64,000 nt of DNA from an uncultured Phycisphaerales bacterium (GTDB lineage Bacteria > Planctomycetota > Phycisphaerae > Sedimentisphaerales > Anaerobacaceae): the NCBI GenBank assembly GCA_963718665.1, contig OY970359.1:2016001-2080000 (forward strand), in the 5' to 3' direction. Of the stretch, positions 29,149 through 38,461 are shown one piece after another (position 1 is the first letter of the stretch; each line of letters begins with the position of its first letter). Below the pieces are notes generated by a model. The model saw only the letters and a program-made list of their open reading frames with translations. It was not told where the DNA came from and ran no database searches. The translations under genes were made by a program, and so were the position numbers.

Positions 29149-30098
29149 TGAGCGACTTTTTCAAAAACAAGCGAATTGTGATTACAGGCGGCGCCGGCTT
29201 TCTCGGCGGCTACATTATTGACGGTCTTCAGAAACGCGGCTGCGAAAATATCCTCATCCCCAAAATCGAGGACTATAATTTCGTCAATCTCCCCGATTGT
29301 TTCCGGATGTATGACGATATGAAACCAGATATTGTAATCCACCTCGCTGCCGTAGTAGGGGGTATTGGCGCCAATCGTCAGCACCCCGGCAAATTCTTCT
29401 ACGAAAACCTTATGATGGGCGTACAGCTCATCGACCAGGCGCGCCTTCGTAAAATCGAAAAATTCGTCGCTCTCGGCACCGTTTGCTCATATCCCAAATT
29501 TACCCCTGTCCCGTTCAAAGAAGACGATATCTGGAATGGCTACCCCGAGGAAACAAACGCACCTTACGGTCTCGCCAAGAAAATGCTCCTCGTCCAGTCC
29601 CAGTCCTATCGTGCAGAATATGGTTTCAACAGTATTTTCCTTGTCCCCGTCAATCTCTACGGCCCGCGGGATAATTTCGACCCCGCCAGTTCCCACGTCA
29701 TTCCGGCCCTTATAAAGAAATGCGTCGATGCAATCGACGCGGGTGATGACCATATCGTCTGCTGGGGAACGGGCTCCGCATCGCGTGAATTCATTTACGC
29801 CAGCGATGCCGCGGAAGGTATTCTGCTTGCCGCCGAACGCTACAACGGTCCCGAACCTGTCAATATCGGCGCCGGCTTCGAAATAACAATTAAAGATCTT
29901 GTCGAAAAAATTGTAAAACTCACCGGCTTCAAAGGCCAAATCCGCTGGGATTCATCTAAACCCGACGGCCAGCCACGACGCCGGCTCGACGTCTCGCGTG
30001 CCAAAAAACTCTTCGGCTTCGAGGCACAAATGGCCTTCGACGAAGGTTTGAAAAGAACCATCGACTGGTTCTGCGAAAACCGGCCCCGCACGCGTTAA
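29148..30098 (+). CDS. fcl: GDP-L-fucose synthase
   Basis: [42 protein letters not shown]. Confidence 0.93.
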   Translation: MSDFFKNKRIVITGGAGFLGGYIIDGLQKRGCENILIPKIEDYNFVNLPDCFRMYDDMKPDIVIHLAAVVGGIGANRQHPGKFFYENLMMGVQLIDQARLRKIEKFVALGTVCSYPKFTPVPFKEDDIWNGYPEETNAPYGLAKKMLLVQSQSYRAEYGFNSIFLVPVNLYGPRDNFDPASSHVIPALIKKCVDAIDAGDDHIVCWGTGSASREFIYASDAAEGILLAAERYNGPEPVNIGAGFEITIKDLVEKIVKLTGFKGQIRWDSSKPDGQPRRRLDVSRAKKLFGFEAQMAFDEGLKRTIDWFCENRPRTR

Positions 30099-30237
30099 CT
30101 ATTCCCTTAATAAACGCCAATTACACCAAAACGCCGCCCCCGGATTTTGCTTGGTTTTAGGCCCGTTTGACGATATAATATAGGGGCAGCAATAATGGGC
30201 TGCACCCATATTTTACCGTATTGATGAGGGTTCAACG

Positions 30238-30861
30238 ATGAGAAGTTTGGTAATCGGCATTTTGGTTCTGGCGATGTTTGGCGTTTGTTGGGCGGCGCCG
30301 ACCCCGGCTGTTGTCCAGAAACCGGGCGACTGGACGCTCGACATCCGCTTTGAAAACCCCCAGCAGATTACCCTTGAGGGCTCTGTCCCACAGCGTTACT
30401 GGTACACAATTCTTACCCTTACCAATAAGTCAGGTAAAGACGTCGATTTTTATCCCGCCGCCGAGCTTGTTACCGATACCCTTCAGGTTGTTCCCGCCAT
30501 AAAGGGAACATCCGCTGTTCTCTTTGATAAAATTAAAACTCGTCACCAGGGCAAATACCAGTTCCTTCAGCTTATGGAAAACGCTGGCAATAAAATCCTC
30601 CAGGGCCAGGACAACACCGTTGATATCGCAATCTGCTGGCCTGATTTTGACCCCAACGCCAAAAGCGTGAGCATATTCATTACGGGCCTCAGCAACGAAA
30701 CCGTGGCCGTTGACCATCCCTCCGACAAAGACAAAGATGGCAATCCCGTAAAAGTTTACCTCCGCAAAACCCTTGAGCTGAACTACTCGATCGCCGGTGA
30801 CCCCAAATTTCGTCCCGACCAGAAGCTCAAATTCGAAAACAAAACTTGGGTAATGCGTTGA
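30238..30861 (+). CDS. Exported hypothetical protein
   Basis: Signal peptide; 207-aa ORF with RBS. Confidence 0.7.
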   Translation: MRSLVIGILVLAMFGVCWAAPTPAVVQKPGDWTLDIRFENPQQITLEGSVPQRYWYTILTLTNKSGKDVDFYPAAELVTDTLQVVPAIKGTSAVLFDKIKTRHQGKYQFLQLMENAGNKILQGQDNTVDIAICWPDFDPNAKSVSIFITGLSNETVAVDHPSDKDKDGNPVKVYLRKTLELNYSIAGDPKFRPDQKLKFENKTWVMR

Positions 30862-30917
30862 TTTGGCTGATCGCCTGTTCGCTGATTTATCAAGGGTTAG
30901 CCGGGAGATTCGGCTTT

Positions 30918-31721
30918 TTATTCCTGCTGGGGATTCGCCGCCTTCTGCATCAGCTCGTGAACCCACTCCTCAAAAAATACCGGGTACAGGTTCATCTTTT
31001 CGCTTCCCAGTTGTGCCCCGTTTTTGGATAAAAGCCCGCGCAGAAGGTCTTTGTGCCGGGGGAATTGTTCGCTGATACGTTTCAGATATAAAGCAGCGAG
31101 AGTTTTAAGCCGCTGTTTTTTTACCGCCACACTTTGTTCTGCCGCTCTAAAGAACCGCCTCACCGAGTCCACCGTTACGCCTGCCTCGGGGAAATAAGAC
31201 ACCAGTCGTCGAGGCGGCTTGCTCGGCAGCATAAACTCTTCGTTCATAGACGATTCCGTCTCTTCCGGCTCATAATGAATGAACGGGTCAAAGAAAAATA
31301 CCGCCGGGTTATAATCCATCCTCAGACGGGCAAGATAAGGCACAAAAACATCCGGCGATTTCCCCGGCTGGAATAAATTCAAAGGCCCATCCCCGATAAG
31401 CACCGTAAAACAGAACCGATTCAAATCCTTGCGGTTGTACCCGACAATTTTGTTGTATGCCTGCTGAATCTTGTGCAGCGTTGCTCTCCGAACGTCCATT
31501 ATCAGCATCCTCGCGTAAACCGTCCGGTCAACTATTGCCTCTATTTCTTCGAGTCGATGCTTCCAATCTGCCTGTTTGGGCACAACTAATTCGTAGAATC
31601 TTGTCCTGCTATCGTTATGCAGCCGGTCGTAAATGTCCCAGCCCAGGACCCTGTCCAAAGTCAGGATATGAATCCTCGGCTCTCGCTGCTGATAGCTCAA
31701 TACGTCAAATTCTTCGCCCAT
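30918..31721 (-). CDS. Hypothetical protein
   Basis: 267-aa ORF with GAGGA RBS; no motif recognised. Confidence 0.65.
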   Translation of the reverse strand: MGEEFDVLSYQQREPRIHILTLDRVLGWDIYDRLHNDSRTRFYELVVPKQADWKHRLEEIEAIVDRTVYARMLIMDVRRATLHKIQQAYNKIVGYNRKDLNRFCFTVLIGDGPLNLFQPGKSPDVFVPYLARLRMDYNPAVFFFDPFIHYEPEETESSMNEEFMLPSKPPRRLVSYFPEAGVTVDSVRRFFRAAEQSVAVKKQRLKTLAALYLKRISEQFPRHKDLLRGLLSKNGAQLGSEKMNLYPVFFEEWVHELMQKAANPQQE

Positions 31722-31948
31722 TTTTCGGCTGTTTCCTCAAACGGATAAATCCCGCTGTCTGATGGTTCGCCCCCAGGTTACAACTTCTTTATTATACTCA
31801 ATTTATCGCTTAATTGCAAGCCGTTCACACCCGTTTCGCCGGCGGCGAAAAGGCCTTTAATTAGATTTGACGCCGGGAGCGTATTGAGGTATTTTGCTCG
31901 TAATATCGATGGGTTTTGATTGAGAAAAATGTTTTTAAGGAGATTGCT

Positions 31949-32692
31949 ATGAGAACGCGAATTTCACTAATTGCATTCACAGCTATTATCAGCATTGTTT
32001 TCGCCAACCCGAGTATTTTCGCTGAGGATACCGCCGTTCAAAAAGGAAAGGAGAACACTATGCCTGTTCAATTACAATGGTTTGGCCACGCCAGCTTCAA
32101 AATCTCAAGCGGCAGCGATGTAATTTATATCGACCCCTGGAAACTCAAGGATGCCCCGCACGATGCGACCATCGTCCTCGTCAGCCACAGCCACTACGAC
32201 CATTATTCCGCTGAAGATATCGCAAAGGTCTCCGGTATGGCTACGAAATTTGTTGCCGCAGGGGATGTTATACAAAAACAAGGCAAAGGCCAAACACTAA
32301 AACCCGGCCAGTCAATCGACGTCAATGGCATCAAAATCACCGGCGTTCCCGCTTACAACATAGTCAAAGAATTCCACCCGAGGTCCAATAACTGGCTCGG
32401 TTTCGTAATCGAAATCGCCGGTAAACGCATATATTACGCCGGCGATACAGACGCCACCGACGAAATGAAAGCCCTCAAAAATATCGACCTTGCCTTGCTG
32501 CCGGTAGGAGGCAAATATACTATGAATGCCACCGAGGCCGCTGATGCGACAAAACAATTCAAACCCAGGCAGGCAATACCTTGTCACTGGGGCGATATCG
32601 TAGGCAGTCAGGCCGACGCGGATAACTTCAAAAAACTGGCCGCCTGCAAAGTTACCGTCCTCAAACCCGGTGAATCAATCACAGTCGATTGA
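31949..32692 (+). CDS. MBL-fold metallo-hydrolase
   Basis: WFGHASF, SHSHYDH, YYAGDT, IPCHW. Confidence 0.88.
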   Translation: MRTRISLIAFTAIISIVFANPSIFAEDTAVQKGKENTMPVQLQWFGHASFKISSGSDVIYIDPWKLKDAPHDATIVLVSHSHYDHYSAEDIAKVSGMATKFVAAGDVIQKQGKGQTLKPGQSIDVNGIKITGVPAYNIVKEFHPRSNNWLGFVIEIAGKRIYYAGDTDATDEMKALKNIDLALLPVGGKYTMNATEAADATKQFKPRQAIPCHWGDIVGSQADADNFKKLAACKVTVLKPGESITVD

Positions 32693-33029
32693 ATTGCAAT
32701 AGTCATTCCTGTATAAACAGGAATCTATGCGTATTTTATCTCCGTTTGCCTGGATGTGGTCGGGGCAACCCTGATTTTGCCGTTCTAAATGCCTTACTTT
32801 GCCGATAACACGCCTTTTATGCTGTATAATTGCGATTACTGGATAACTCATAATGACTTTGATTAAAAGGCGAAAAACATATCCGGTTTGTCAAACGTAG
32901 ATATTAATGAACGGGACGGCTGGGGGGAAACCAGCAATACCGTAAAAAGCCCGGGCTGCATAGCTTACCGAGCCTTCCTGCAACAGCGGCCCGGCTTCTT
33001 TTATAAATCCCTTTAGCGTTTTGTTGTGA

Positions 33030-34250
33030 TTACGCCTTATTTACGTTATGCACCGTGTGGCACCGTGGGCATTCTACCGTCGTTCCGGCATAATTAGGCG
33101 GTATCTTCAGCGTCATTCCGCATGCGCATGTCAGGAAAATAAAACCGTTTACCTTTCGCATAATATCCCCAACCTGGCGAAGCTGCTTTTCCTTCTGTTC
33201 CTCCTTGGCCTCCTCGCTTGCTTCCCTAAGAGCGATATCTTCCTTCGTTAACGCCGACGCCGGCATAACGGTTCTGCTTTTCGTAACATTTACAAACGCG
33301 TCCGAATAGTCCTTCAATGACGCCCCCTGCGACATATTCCGCAAAATCCGTATCCTCTCCGATGTTGGCGGGTGCGTGCTCGTCATGTCCGACAAGTTCC
33401 ACTCGCCCATTTTCTTGAACGGGTTGACTATGAACATTGGCGCGGTTACCTTGTTGGCCGACGCCAGTTGCGGGGCGTGGTCGTTTGCGATTTTCTCTAA
33501 CGCGTTCGCAAGTCCTTCCGGGTATCGCGTCAGCCGAGCCGACCCTGCGTCAGCTAAATACTCCCGTCGTCTCGACAACGCGAAATACAATAACTGCGTT
33601 ACAATCGGAGCCAGAATCGCCGCAACAATCGCGATTATAAGCAGTATCACCATTGCTCCGCCGCCGCCTTTGCCCTCGCTGGATGAATATCTTCTCCTCG
33701 ACCCTCCGCCATACATCATCCCTCGCAAAAAAACCTGCGACAAAAGCGCAACCGACCCCAGCATAACGCCCGCCAGCGTTACGAATAAAATATCCCGATG
33801 CAGGATATGGCTCATTTCGTGCCCCACAACTCCCTGCAGTTCATCACGGTTGAGTTTCGCGAGTAACCCTGCTGTTACCGCAACAGATGCTGATTTGGGG
33901 TTGCGTCCTGTTGCAAAAGCGTTTGGCGCCGGGTCGTTGATTATATAAACCTTGGGCATAGGCAGTCCCGACGCAATCGCCATTTCTTCGACTACGTTAA
34001 ACAACTGCGGATTAACGTCGTGCGTAACAGGCACAGCGTTGCTTGCCGCGAGCATAATCTGGTCGCCCGACGAAAAGCTGATTAGCGTAAGTATCACCCA
34101 GATTCCCGTCGCTATCATCAGGCCGAGCATCCCGCCGTCAGGCCCATTGATTGCCATCCCGATAACCGCCCCAAGCCCGACTAAGCACACCGCCATCAGG
34201 GCCAGAAGAATTATCGAATTCCTCTTATTTATCCGTATCAGTTCCCACAT
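33030..34250 (-). CDS. htpX: M48 zinc metalloprotease HtpX with C-terminal zinc ribbon
   Basis: PNAFATG, HEMSH, REYLADA, STHPP; CxC...CPRC tail. Confidence 0.88.
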   Translation of the reverse strand: MWELIRINKRNSIILLALMAVCLVGLGAVIGMAINGPDGGMLGLMIATGIWVILTLISFSSGDQIMLAASNAVPVTHDVNPQLFNVVEEMAIASGLPMPKVYIINDPAPNAFATGRNPKSASVAVTAGLLAKLNRDELQGVVGHEMSHILHRDILFVTLAGVMLGSVALLSQVFLRGMMYGGGSRRRYSSSEGKGGGGAMVILLIIAIVAAILAPIVTQLLYFALSRRREYLADAGSARLTRYPEGLANALEKIANDHAPQLASANKVTAPMFIVNPFKKMGEWNLSDMTSTHPPTSERIRILRNMSQGASLKDYSDAFVNVTKSRTVMPASALTKEDIALREASEEAKEEQKEKQLRQVGDIMRKVNGFIFLTCACGMTLKIPPNYAGTTVECPRCHTVHNVNKA

Positions 34251-34280
34251 AAATTCTTTTTCAGTGTTTAGCTCCCCAAT

Positions 34281-34310
34281 CTGTCCTGCCGAAGCTTTGG
34301 CGAAGGAGGA
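34281..34310. repeat. REP-like hairpin CTGTCCTGCCGAAGCTTTGGCGAAGGAGGA
   Basis: Related copy on the opposite strand at 56724-56756. Confidence 0.6.
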
Positions 34311-34331
34311 TTTATTGGGAGGTGTTTTCTA

Positions 34332-34907
34332 TTAGAAACTAACCTTCGGCACTTCGCGTTCTTCTGCCGCTGAAACCTCGAAGAAATCCCGCTTGGTAAA
34401 GCTGAATACGCCAGCCACGATATTCGACGGGAACATCTGTATCCTGTTGTTGAAGAACATCGTCTGGTCGTTATACGCCTGCCTGGCGAAGGCAATCTTG
34501 TTCTCCGTGCTCGAAAGCTCTTCCTGTAACGCCAGAAAGTTCTGGTTTGCCTTCAGGTCGGGATAATTTTCGACAACCAGCATAAATTTGCTAAGAGCGT
34601 CGCCCAGCGCACCTTCCGCCTTTGCCGACTCCGCGACCGTCTTTGCCCCCATCGCCTGTGCCCGTGCGTTTGTTACCGCTTCGAATGTTCCTCGCTCGTG
34701 TTGCATATAACCCTTCGCTGTTTCGACGAGGTTGGGAATCAGGTCGTGACGCCGCTTCAGCTGCACGTCAATCTGCGACCAGGCGTTGTCAACCTGGTTG
34801 CGAAGCCCCACAAAAACGTTGTAAGTTCCGATTACGTACAGTACCACCAGCAGCAGTCCCGCCGCAATCACCAGTAAAACAATCAGTGCAATCATTCCTA
34901 TACCCAT
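34332..34907 (-). CDS. lemA: LemA family protein
   Basis: WSQIDVQLKRRHDLIPNLV, ENYPDLKANQNF. Confidence 0.93.
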   Translation of the reverse strand: MGIGMIALIVLLVIAAGLLLVVLYVIGTYNVFVGLRNQVDNAWSQIDVQLKRRHDLIPNLVETAKGYMQHERGTFEAVTNARAQAMGAKTVAESAKAEGALGDALSKFMLVVENYPDLKANQNFLALQEELSSTENKIAFARQAYNDQTMFFNNRIQMFPSNIVAGVFSFTKRDFFEVSAAEEREVPKVSF

Positions 34908-35061
34908 TTTTTTCTCCTTCAATAATCGCTTTATCTTTTCCCTTCCACGGATTTGAGATTGCCGTAAACTTTAATACAGAGACAGATTATAAAGCAAAAC
35001 AGGGACTTGTCAACCGTGAGCAGCGCTATCTGACATATAGCTGCCGGTATCGATTTGTTGT

Positions 35062-37617
35062 TTATTCGTAGCCGTATCGTTTTATGAACCAGCTTTTGAC
35101 AAACTGCACCAAACATAAATAGGCCAGCGTTATGAGCGTCAGCGCTATGAAATATGATGGAGGCGGCTCAACAAAACCAAGGTATTTCCCAAGCGGAAGA
35201 AACGGCAGCACCAGGGCAATGGTAACAATGTAAATCGAAGTGAAAAGCATAAATTGACTGGGTTTGCTTTCAATAAAAGGCACCTTTCCCGTGCGAATGA
35301 CATGAATGACCAGCGTCTGGGTGCACATGGATTCCAAAAACCAGCCCGTCTGAAACAATGGCACCGACGCGTGAAAAATAAACCACAAAACACCGAAAGT
35401 AATAAAGTCAAAGATTGAGCTGACGGGACCGAGGACAATCATAAATTTTTTGATATAGCCCACGTTCCACGGCCGGGACTTAAGAAGGTATTCTTCGTCT
35501 ATGCTGTCTGAAGGGATGGCAATCTGGGACATGTCGTAAAGAAAATTATTGAGAAGAATTTGAATTGGCAGCATCGGCAGAAAAGGCAAAAACAAGCTCG
35601 CCCCCGTCATACTGAACATATTGCCGAAGTTGGAACTGGAGCCCATCTTGATGTATTTGATGATGTTGCCGAAGGTTTTTCGCCCTTCGATTACCCCGTC
35701 GATGAGAACCAGCAAACTTTTTTTCAGGAGGATGATATCAGCCGTTTCTTTGGCGATATCCACGGCGTTATCGACGGAAATGCCCACGTCAGCCGCCTTG
35801 AGCGCCGGCGCGTCGTTAATACCGTCGCCGAGATATCCCACGATATGTTTGTTTTTGTGCAGGGCGTGAATCACCCTTTCTTTTTGTAGCGGGGAAAGTC
35901 GGGCAAACACAGTAGTGGTTTTTACCATTTCTCCAAGCGCAGTGTCATCTGCTTTTTCTACCTGTTCGCCGGTCGCAAATCCCTTGATATTCAAACCCAC
36001 TTCGCTGCAAATCTTTTTCGTAACAAGCTCGTTATCGCCGGTGAGAACCTTGAACTCTATACCGAGGTTATTCAGAGTTTCGATGGTCTTTTTAACGGAT
36101 GATTTCGGCGGGTCCAAAAAAGCAATATAACCTTTCAGGATGAGGTTCTGTTCGTCGTCCTTGGTGTAAACATTTTTGGGCTGGTCAAAATTCTTGTATG
36201 CAACCGCAAGTACCCTGAAGCCCTCTGCGCTGAGGTCATTGTACTCGTTTTCCAGTTCGACAAGCACTAATTTGGCCTCGTCCAGATCCAGTATTTCGCC
36301 GTCGAGCTCGAATTTGGTGCACCTTCGGTATATTTCTTCCGGGGCGCCTTTGACGATAATCTGATGTTTACCGTCGGCCTCGACCACCACCGACATTACC
36401 TTGCGCGAAAAATCGAAAGGCACCTCATCGACCTTTTTGTATTGTTTGACTAAAATTTTCTCATAAGACAGTATCGCCCGATCGAGAATATTTTTGAGGC
36501 CCGTCTGGTAGAAACTGTTGATATATGCCATACGCAGGACGTCATCGTCCTCTTTTCGAACCACGTCGCAATGTTTTTCCACTACAATCTTGTCGAGGGT
36601 CAGTGTCCCTGTCTTATCAGTGCACAGCACGTCCATTGCGCCGAAGTTCTGGGTCGCGTTGAGTCGTTTTACTATTACGTCCTTTTTGGACATCGCAATC
36701 GCGCCCTTGGATAGGTTTAGCGCCACCAGCATCGGGAGCATTTCAGGCGTCAAACCTACGGCAACGGAAAGCGAAAACAAAAGCGACTGGATAATATCGC
36801 CCTTCAAATAGGCGTTAATGCCGAAAATCACCAGGACCAGCACGACCATAACTCTTATCATCAGCCAAGTAAAGCTGCGAATACCTTTATCGAAACTGCT
36901 CTCTACTGATATTGCCGCCAGCCGTTTGGACAACGCGCCGAACCTGGTCTCAAGCCCCGTTTTAGCGACCACTCCAATTGCTGTCCCGCTTATGACGCTT
37001 GAGCCCATAAACGCCATATTTGTTAAGTCGGAAGGAGAACTGCTCTTGGGAGTCAGCAGCTCGGCGATTTTTTCAACGGGAAACGATTCGCCCGTCAGAG
37101 ATGCCTGATTGATAAACAGGTCCTTGCAGGAAATAATCCGCAGGTCCGCAGGCACCATATCCCCCGCAAAAAGGTCTATGATATCGCCCGGAACAATCTC
37201 TCGTATCTTTACCTCCCTTGCCTTGCCGTTGCGAATCACCGTGGCCGTCGCCCTTACCATTTCGCTGAGCCGTTCCGCCTCTTTTCCCGCTTTATATTCC
37301 TGAATGAATGACAAAAATACGCTGATAACGGCCATCAGTATTACCAGCAGGGCGCTTATTTTCTCCCCGAAGAACATTGAAAAGCCCGCGATAATCAGAA
37401 GAACCACCACCAGCGGGTTTAAAAACTTGATGAAAATCTGAAAAATAACCGTCCGCTTTTTCTTCTTGGCCGGCTCGTTGTACCCGTATTCCTCGAGTCG
37501 TTTTATCGCCTCTTTTTCGGACAACCCTTTGAGGGATGTATCAAAAAACTGCAGAACGGATTCCTGCGTGCAGCTCACAAAATCAATATCTGACATTTTT
37601 TTATTGTTGCTTTGCAT
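35062..37617 (-). CDS. mgtA: Magnesium-translocating P-type ATPase
   Basis: TGES, AVGLTPEMLP, DKTGTLT, GDGIND, SSNFGNMFS. Confidence 0.93.
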   Translation of the reverse strand: MQSNNKKMSDIDFVSCTQESVLQFFDTSLKGLSEKEAIKRLEEYGYNEPAKKKKRTVIFQIFIKFLNPLVVVLLIIAGFSMFFGEKISALLVILMAVISVFLSFIQEYKAGKEAERLSEMVRATATVIRNGKAREVKIREIVPGDIIDLFAGDMVPADLRIISCKDLFINQASLTGESFPVEKIAELLTPKSSSPSDLTNMAFMGSSVISGTAIGVVAKTGLETRFGALSKRLAAISVESSFDKGIRSFTWLMIRVMVVLVLVIFGINAYLKGDIIQSLLFSLSVAVGLTPEMLPMLVALNLSKGAIAMSKKDVIVKRLNATQNFGAMDVLCTDKTGTLTLDKIVVEKHCDVVRKEDDDVLRMAYINSFYQTGLKNILDRAILSYEKILVKQYKKVDEVPFDFSRKVMSVVVEADGKHQIIVKGAPEEIYRRCTKFELDGEILDLDEAKLVLVELENEYNDLSAEGFRVLAVAYKNFDQPKNVYTKDDEQNLILKGYIAFLDPPKSSVKKTIETLNNLGIEFKVLTGDNELVTKKICSEVGLNIKGFATGEQVEKADDTALGEMVKTTTVFARLSPLQKERVIHALHKNKHIVGYLGDGINDAPALKAADVGISVDNAVDIAKETADIILLKKSLLVLIDGVIEGRKTFGNIIKYIKMGSSSNFGNMFSMTGASLFLPFLPMLPIQILLNNFLYDMSQIAIPSDSIDEEYLLKSRPWNVGYIKKFMIVLGPVSSIFDFITFGVLWFIFHASVPLFQTGWFLESMCTQTLVIHVIRTGKVPFIESKPSQFMLFTSIYIVTIALVLPFLPLGKYLGFVEPPPSYFIALTLITLAYLCLVQFVKSWFIKRYGYE

Positions 37618-37847
37618 TCAACCGGCTCTTTAAAACATTCATAAATTACTTCGCTCTCGCCGGACAATCTGAACCGTGACCACACAAGTGTTCCTCAAAA
37701 CACGGCTTTGTCCTGAGTTTTTTGTTTGCATCTTGCCCGCTCGGCAAGAATCACTGCATTTTAAGACGAAAACCTGCGGCAGGGCAACCCTTTTTCTCCG
37801 GAATAAAAAAAATACTTTGCACCGGCGAAGCGTAGAGAAGCCGGGCG

Positions 37848-38237
37848 CTATTTTCCCCCAAACATATCCATCAGTATTTGTTTAATCTTATTCCCCTCAT
37901 CGAGCTTTGCCCTGGCAATGATACCGTTCAGCTCGCCCCTGTCGAACCATAACCCATCTCCTTTTGAGCACCTGTCTATCAGCAGCGTCGGCTTTTCGTG
38001 TCCAACGTCAATTTTTTCCATCTTCTTGTCGCATATCGGGCATCGCCTCGCCTTTTCCCTGCTGCTCGTATCTTTGGCAAATGAGTGGATAAGCTTCTTC
38101 GCCTTCCCCTTGTCGTCCAGAAGCATTTCAAGCTCGCCGGCGTCTAACCATACCCCTTTGCAGCCCGTGCAGTAGTCAATCTCCACCTTCGCCAGTTCCA
38201 GCGTTATCATCGCGTTTTTACATACCGGACAATTCAT
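37848..38237 (-). CDS. zf-TFIIB double zinc-ribbon protein
   Basis: CPVC..EIDYC..CKGVWLDAGEL and CPIC..IDRC..GLWFDRGEL. Confidence 0.85.
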   Translation of the reverse strand: MNCPVCKNAMITLELAKVEIDYCTGCKGVWLDAGELEMLLDDKGKAKKLIHSFAKDTSSREKARRCPICDKKMEKIDVGHEKPTLLIDRCSKGDGLWFDRGELNGIIARAKLDEGNKIKQILMDMFGGK

Positions 38238-38461
38238 AATTACACTCCCATCAATACAGCATTATTTATTAAACAGATTACCACCTTTGTCGTTTCTGCG
38301 AAAGCAGGAATCCGGAAATTAATCCCCTTAACTTGACATATCAAGGGTATAAGCGTATGCTCTCAACTGTAGTACCGGCTAATCGAACTGTTACAAGGTG
38401 AGTAAGAATACCCCCGGAAAAAGTGGCTATCCTTTTGGGTTGATATGGAGCGTTTGGCCGT

